From NCBI GenBank assembly GCA_014297435.1, contig JACOQA010000003.1, positions 128,001 to 192,000 on the forward strand: 64,000 nt of DNA, read 5' to 3'. A model generated the notes under the pieces. That model was not told the origin of the DNA. It did not search any database and saw only the letters and a program-made list of their open reading frames with translations. Position numbers and translations under genes: made by a program. The number at the start of each line of letters is the position of its first letter. The stretch's first letter is position 1. Positions 58,752-64,000 of this stretch are shown piece after piece. Source of the DNA: Candidatus Nanohaloarchaea archaeon. Lineage in GTDB: Archaea; Nanohalarchaeota; Nanosalinia; Nanosalinales; Nanosalinaceae.

Positions 58752-59860
58752 TCCCCAACCATCTCCATCAAAGTCTCCGCAGTTTTAGTCATCGGAGTAT
58801 CGTTCCTAAACAGCTTCATATTCAGTCCTAACTCTTCTCTTGTTTCTCTCAGGAGTTCGAAGGCTTCATCGGCTTGAGGACCATCACGCCTTACCACAAT
58901 CGGGTAATCCGGTTTTTCCTCTCTAACAGCTTTGCAGAAACCTTTCATTGTCCTTAATATGTTTGTATTATTCGCCGTCCCTCCAACATGCCAGAGACCG
59001 TTGAGATCTTTCGACATTACAATTTTTGAAAGCCTGTAAACTTTTTCTGAAGGAGGATTTCCACCGTACTCAGTGTAGTTCGCCGGAGAACCGCCGTATT
59101 CGATCAGTGCATCCATGTTAGTAAGTGAGGCGCCGCCACCACACAAAAGCATTCCTATATTCCCTTCCAGCTCTGTATATTTTCCTGCTATCCCTCTGTG
59201 ATCATTTTCATCTATCTTCTTCGCTTTCTTCTCTCTTTCAGTCTTCTTCCTTCCCATGTCAGACCGGTCTGGAAAGCTTCTTTCTCTCCTGTAGCCGGCA
59301 TCGTCATCAAGATCAATCATAGCATCGAGCACGACTAGACCTTCTCCAGTTTTGGCTAGCGGGTTGATTTCGATCATCCTGGCATCTTGCTCGAGAAATG
59401 CTTTGTAGATCTTTGAGAGCGTTGAACCTAGCTCCACAATATCTTCTAGTGCCGTATTTTCTCCGATAAACTGTCTGAATTCGTGGGGCATACCTTCTTC
59501 GATAACAAGTTTTTCGACCTCTCTATCCTCGATACCTGAGCCTCCGGAGTCGGAGAAAAGCATTACCGGAGATCTTGTATCCGTATCGTAGAGAAAAGCT
59601 ACGTAGTATTCTTTAGAAAAATCTAATTTGTTTTCAATAAGCACTTCTTCTACTTTCTGGTCGTTAACCTTGTTCCCTTCCATTTCTTCGGCGATATTTT
59701 CTGCTTTTTCCCGCGTATCAGCGAAACGGATACCGCCATCATCTTTCCTGTCCTTCGCAAGCACCTGAGCCTTTACAACAAACTCTCCGCTCTTTTTCCC
59801 CGGAGTTCTGAGACCGTAGTCTTCAAGAACTTTTTTGGCCTCGTGCTCGTAAAGCTTCAC
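58748..59860 (-). CDS. ATP-grasp beta subunit, ATP-citrate lyase/citryl-CoA synthetase-like
   Basis: KLYEHEAK, VKAQ, EINPL, GGGASL, ANYTEYGGNP, GGTAN; GTG at 59860. Confidence 0.85.
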   Translation of the reverse strand: MKLYEHEAKKVLEDYGLRTPGKKSGEFVVKAQVLAKDRKDDGGIRFADTREKAENIAEEMEGNKVNDQKVEEVLIENKLDFSKEYYVAFLYDTDTRSPVMLFSDSGGSGIEDREVEKLVIEEGMPHEFRQFIGENTALEDIVELGSTLSKIYKAFLEQDARMIEINPLAKTGEGLVVLDAMIDLDDDAGYRRERSFPDRSDMGRKKTEREKKAKKIDENDHRGIAGKYTELEGNIGMLLCGGGASLTNMDALIEYGGSPANYTEYGGNPPSEKVYRLSKIVMSKDLNGLWHVGGTANNTNILRTMKGFCKAVREEKPDYPIVVRRDGPQADEAFELLRETREELGLNMKLFRNDTPMTKTAETLMEMVGE

Positions 59861-59944
59861 AGCCCAAGGATTATCGGAGAGGTTTAAACCTTTGACCCAG
59901 AGAAAAGCAACAGGTTCTAAACTCCCCTCCCACAAAGATTCAGT

Positions 59945-60463
59945 ATGGTATATACGGGACGAGGTGACAGGGGTAGAACAGATCTATCATCTGGTGAAAG
60001 GGTTTCGAAAAGTTCGGAGAGAATACAGGCATACGGTACTGTTGACGAGCTAAATTCGTTAGTAGGTCTATGCAGATCCTATACAGAAGACAAAAAGGAA
60101 GATCTTGAAGAGGTGCAGAACGAACTACACATACTTCAAGCCGAGTTAGCTAACCGTGAACCCGATACTAAAGTGACTGAAGAGAATACGGAAAGGCTTG
60201 AACAGCTCTGTGATACCTATCAAAACGAATGCCCTCCTTTGAGAGATTTTGTTCTTGCAGGAGGAGCCAAGAGCGCCGCACACTTACATCATGCAAGAAG
60301 TGTAGCTCGTAGGGCTGAAAGAAAGATTGTTCGGTTAGATCAAGACGAACAGCTTAGAGAAGAAGTTCTGGCTTACATAAACCGTTTAAGCGATCTCTTC
60401 TTCCTTATGGCAAGACATGAAAACGCTCTAAAAGATGTTGAAGAGAAAAACCCTAATTATTGA
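59945..60463 (+). CDS. PduO-type cob(I)alamin adenosyltransferase
   Basis: YT..GD.G.T, YGTVDELNS, RRAER, NRLSD. Confidence 0.93.
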   Translation: MVYTGRGDRGRTDLSSGERVSKSSERIQAYGTVDELNSLVGLCRSYTEDKKEDLEEVQNELHILQAELANREPDTKVTEENTERLEQLCDTYQNECPPLRDFVLAGGAKSAAHLHHARSVARRAERKIVRLDQDEQLREEVLAYINRLSDLFFLMARHENALKDVEEKNPNY

Positions 60464-60508
60464 TTTGGACTCTATCCTTGAAAGGGGGGATTCCAGAGGA
60501 GGACTTAG

Positions 60509-61123
60509 TCAAGAAGTCATAATTTGACTTGCTGCCTCCAACTCGTATTCGAATATGCCGTGTTTCGAACCTTCGAAAATCTTCTTGTCGACATCGGCGT
60601 TAAGATCTCTGAAAACCTCTTCTGTCTTTTCAACACGCTCCAAAGGGATGTGTGGATCGTTTTCGCTACAACCGATGAAAATGGAGATTTCCTCTAGATC
60701 GCCCTCAAACTCTCTTACCCCTTCACCTATCAGACCGCCGCTCAGAACTATCAAACCTCCGTAACTAGCAGGGTTTGATGCCACATATTCTGATGCGAGA
60801 CACCCTCCCTGTGAGAAACCGAGCAGGTAGACGTTATCCTTTCCTACATGACTGGACGCCTTCTCGACAAGCGAATGAACCTTTCTTAGAGCCGAATCCA
60901 AGTCCGGCTGATTTTGTTCACGCGGTTCTAGAAAACCTCTTGGGTACCATTTACGGTTTGCTGCCTGTGGCGCTAGGTAAGCTGCTTCCGGAAGCTGTTT
61001 CTCCAAACGCATTATGCCGTGAGCGGTCGCTCCACGCCCATGAAGCATTATCACTACTTTATCCGCATCTTCAAGCTCGGAGCCTGAATCCAAAACTTCT
61101 GTATCTTGATGTATGTCTTTCAT
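60509..61123 (-). CDS. Phospholipase/carboxylesterase (alpha/beta hydrolase)
   Basis: HGRG, GFSQG, D, H. Confidence 0.92.
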   Translation of the reverse strand: MKDIHQDTEVLDSGSELEDADKVVIMLHGRGATAHGIMRLEKQLPEAAYLAPQAANRKWYPRGFLEPREQNQPDLDSALRKVHSLVEKASSHVGKDNVYLLGFSQGGCLASEYVASNPASYGGLIVLSGGLIGEGVREFEGDLEEISIFIGCSENDPHIPLERVEKTEEVFRDLNADVDKKIFEGSKHGIFEYELEAASQIMTS

Positions 61124-62031
61124 TTAATTTCCTCCTCTTTGAACTCTGGAAGGCTTTCAAGTATTTCCTCTCTCCTGCCCTGGAGATTTTCCGGGAGCAC
61201 AAAGCTTGTTCCAAGCTCCTCTACAGATTCATCAGCAGTATAGCCTGGTCCCATACTTGAGAATTCGAATAGAATCCCTACCGAAGTTCGGGCATAAGTA
61301 GAGGTAAAGTACTTCCTTGAGATCGCTGGCGAAGGTCTTAAACCCAAGGATTTCAGTTTTTCTCTCATTTTCTCTACATCCTCTTCCTCTCCTGCTTTGA
61401 AAGCAACGTGGTGAACCGAACCTGTGCCCATAACTCCGCGGCTGGAGGTTTCCTCAACTTTTACGCCAGAACCATCTTCCATTCTGTAGAAACCGTCCTC
61501 TTGGCTTTTCATACCAAGCTCCTCGATTAACGGCGTAATATCGTCTTTTTCATTAACTGATAGTGTGATATGAGACATTCCTCTTATCTGGTGTTTTTCT
61601 GGGACTTCGCTTCCGTCCCAAGACTTGAATTTATCGTTTCTCTGCACTAATCTTATCTTCAGACCATCCGGATCGTTAAAGACAAGTGTTTCCTCTTCAT
61701 GCCAGGTTTCCTCATTGAAATCAATCTCTTCTGTTTCCAGTCTTTCTTTCCAGTAATCTATCGATCCTTCAGATATGCTGAGACCTAGTTCTGTCACCAT
61801 TCCTGCTCCTGCTTTGCCTTCTCTATCGGTCATACCCGGGAAGAATGTTATGCTGCTGCCGGGCGTTCCCTCACCATCCCCGTAGAAGAGGTGGTATACG
61901 TCCGGTGCATCGTGATTGACTGTTTTCTTCACCATTCTCATTCCCAGTACGTTTACGTAAAATTTGGCGTTTTCCGTAGGTTTTCCGGCTATAGCCGTGA
62001 AATGGTGCAGACCTTTAACCTCAGGAGTCAT
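61120..62031 (-). CDS. VOC/ring-cleaving dioxygenase (MhqO-like)
   Basis: GLHH.TA, VKKTVN.D, HHVAF. Confidence 0.9.
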   Translation of the reverse strand: MTPEVKGLHHFTAIAGKPTENAKFYVNVLGMRMVKKTVNHDAPDVYHLFYGDGEGTPGSSITFFPGMTDREGKAGAGMVTELGLSISEGSIDYWKERLETEEIDFNEETWHEEETLVFNDPDGLKIRLVQRNDKFKSWDGSEVPEKHQIRGMSHITLSVNEKDDITPLIEELGMKSQEDGFYRMEDGSGVKVEETSSRGVMGTGSVHHVAFKAGEEEDVEKMREKLKSLGLRPSPAISRKYFTSTYARTSVGILFEFSSMGPGYTADESVEELGTSFVLPENLQGRREEILESLPEFKEEEIK

Positions 62032-62134
62032 ACCTATTAATGTCTGAGTTAACCGGTTTATACTCCGTGGCTACCTAGCTGTAACCCCTCTGACAAGCGT
62101 TAAGTAGGAACAAGTTGAACAGTTGTACAGAAGC

Positions 62135-62875
62135 ATGGAATGGCGATATATTCCGTTTAAGCATTACGAACCAGGCTTCAAGACAGGGCTTAACTCAGCT
62201 GCTATAGAGTCTGTATCGGAGACAGGTCAGCCTATTATCTTTTTGGCAGGCTGGAGCCCTGGTTGCGTTAACATAGGCTACTCGCAGGAAGTAGAGGAAG
62301 AAATTGATAAAGAAGAGTTCGAGAAACGGGATCTTGAACTAGTTAGGCGTCAAGGAGGGGGAGGAACCACGTATCTGACCGAAGAAGGAGAGATAACCTG
62401 GCATATAATCGTACCTAAGGACTACTTTCCGGGCGACGTTAACAGGATATACGAAAAAGTATGTGGAGAGATAGCTGAAGCTCTCGAAGCTTTAGGTATT
62501 GAGGCAGAGCATGAACCGATTAATGATGTTGTTTCTGAGAAAGGCAAGCTTTCAGGAGCTACACTCAAACAAGAAAAAGGAGTTATATACGTGGCAGGCA
62601 CTCTAATCTACGAGACTGACCCAGAAGAAATGTTCACAGTTTTAACACCTAATGAGGACAAGAAGAAGGACAAACAGATAGAGGAGTTTGAGGAAAGGGT
62701 TTCCTCGGTTTCTAAGGAATCAGATGCTTCTTTTGACGATACTAGACAGGCTTTGAAGCAGAAGCTGCTGGAAGATAAGAACTGGACCGAGTCTTCTTGG
62801 AAGGAAACAGAAAGAAAGAGTGCGGAAAAGCTGGCCGATAAATATTCTTCGGAAGAATGGATTTACAGAGAATGA
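62135..62875 (+). CDS. lplA: Lipoate-protein ligase A-like
   Basis: RRQGGGG, IND, KLSG. Confidence 0.85.
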   Translation: MEWRYIPFKHYEPGFKTGLNSAAIESVSETGQPIIFLAGWSPGCVNIGYSQEVEEEIDKEEFEKRDLELVRRQGGGGTTYLTEEGEITWHIIVPKDYFPGDVNRIYEKVCGEIAEALEALGIEAEHEPINDVVSEKGKLSGATLKQEKGVIYVAGTLIYETDPEEMFTVLTPNEDKKKDKQIEEFEERVSSVSKESDASFDDTRQALKQKLLEDKNWTESSWKETERKSAEKLADKYSSEEWIYRE

Positions 62876-63675
62876 CTGAAAACTACAGAGTCCATCAAGA
62901 GGAACAGGGGCAGACCGCAGGCATTGTCCTTGAGACAGCGGAAAGAGCTCTTGAGACGGAAGGATACTTCAGATCTTCTATAGTACATGATGAACCCGCA
63001 CACTGGAACCTGAGCTATGTAAGCCAGCCAATACCCAGGGTACCGGAAGAACGGCAGGAAAGAAGGCTTTCTGGTGGGGGTGAACTACTTCATGAGAACA
63101 GTCTCTGCGCTATGAAGGCTATCGAGACACCTTCTTCGAAACAGAGGGTTGATTACGAGAGAAACTCTTTCGCAGCAGAATTTCTCGAAGCCCTAGAACA
63201 AGCAGGTGAATACGAAAAGACAGGCGTTCTTGTTGATGGAGAAGTGAAAGGCGTGGATGCCTCGGATACTGTAGCTTATTTTGCGCCCAAGGAAGGCGAT
63301 ATCTATGTAAGTCAAAACGGTGAACCCAACCCTTTAACAGATCCGCAGCTTGTAGGTCTCGGACTACCAGATATAGATCTCAAGGATGGAAACGTAGTGG
63401 TTGGGCGTGCATGCATGTATGAGGATCTTCCAGAGTCCCGACACCTTTACCCAGAAAATGTGAGGAACTTCAAGGACTGGGAAAGCTATCTTGATGGTAT
63501 TGAACCTGTGGAGAATTCAAGAGAAGTGCTTGAACTTCTTGAAGGAACTGATTCAACAACTCTGAAAGCTGAAGAGTTTGCCGAATATTCGATTTTGCGG
63601 GCTGAGAGGTTGATGGAGCAGAGAGAAGAAGAGTTGAGGAACGGTAAAGGAAGACCGGCATACCCTTGCTTCTAG
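62872..63675 (+). CDS. Divergent LplA-like protein
   Basis: RRLSGGGELLH motif; ATGA overlap with lplA. Confidence 0.55.
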   Translation: MTENYRVHQEEQGQTAGIVLETAERALETEGYFRSSIVHDEPAHWNLSYVSQPIPRVPEERQERRLSGGGELLHENSLCAMKAIETPSSKQRVDYERNSFAAEFLEALEQAGEYEKTGVLVDGEVKGVDASDTVAYFAPKEGDIYVSQNGEPNPLTDPQLVGLGLPDIDLKDGNVVVGRACMYEDLPESRHLYPENVRNFKDWESYLDGIEPVENSREVLELLEGTDSTTLKAEEFAEYSILRAERLMEQREEELRNGKGRPAYPCF

Positions 63676-63729
63676 ACATACCAGTTAAAAAACTGAAGCC
63701 TGAACTCTATTTCACACAGTTACCTTTTT

Positions 63730-63812
63730 GCGAGGGTAGCCAAGTGGTCAAAGGCGCAGCGTTGAGGGCGCTGTCCTGTAGAGGTTCCGGGGTTCAAATC
63801 CTCGCCCTCGCA
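63730..63812 (+). tRNA. tRNA-Leu(GAG)
   Basis: CAGCG-TTGAGGG-CGCTG, long variable arm. Confidence 0.95.
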
Positions 63813-63914
63813 TTTCTAAATATAGTTTCTTCCAAGAACGACTTTAGATGTCTGAAAACTATCGGTTAATTATCCAGTTTTACATTCAATTCCCTACAAT
63901 TGTTATTCGGATGT

Positions 63915-64000
63915 ATGACGTCAAAACCGGATAAGATCGAAGTTCTCGACAGAACTGTAGTTCTTCTCGGAATAGTCTACCTGTTCGTCGCGTTTGGCAC
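63915..64000 (+). CDS. Membrane protein, 3' truncated by window
   Basis: MTSKPDKIEVLDRTVVLLGIVYLFVAFG open to the end. Confidence 0.5.
   Translation, partial: MTSKPDKIEVLDRTVVLLGIVYLFVAFG

Noticed and set aside
57236-59860. Succinyl-CoA synthetase sucCD call
   Set aside because: Beta-subunit motifs and the linked citryl-CoA lyase fit the ACL-like family better

Overview
Compact archaeal genome segment. The strongly Glu-rich proteome, archaeal-type ribosomal proteins, leaderless-style TATA promoters and reduced operons best fit a halophilic DPANN archaeon (Nanohaloarchaeota-like); this taxonomy is an inference. From left to right it holds: (1) the right end of a pleolipovirus-like provirus (spike C-terminus, ORF6/ORF7-like membrane proteins, NTPase, tyrosine integrase; 1-~4.6 kb); (2) cmk, archease and rtcB; (3) the S10/spc ribosomal superoperon (L3 to secY, DUF106, Cbf5), split by a ~6.8 kb insert that carries GNATs and a lone antisense 5S rRNA, plus an unexplained ~130-nt structured RNA before S17; (4) six tRNAs, including a two-intron tRNA-Gln(UUG) and a tRNA-Gln(CUG) with C33; (5) a second integrase island with nuclease-fold genes; (6) the S13-S4-S11-RpoD / L18e-L13-S9-RpoN cluster interleaved with two paralogous coiled-coil+OB-fold proteins; (7) a three-gene ATP-citrate-lyase-like set and assorted enzymes. 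The most novel-looking signals are a shared C-terminal helical module fused to both uS3 and uL24, the coiled-coil-OB paralogs, the orphan structured RNA and the provirus. All calls come from motif recognition by eye; no searches were run.
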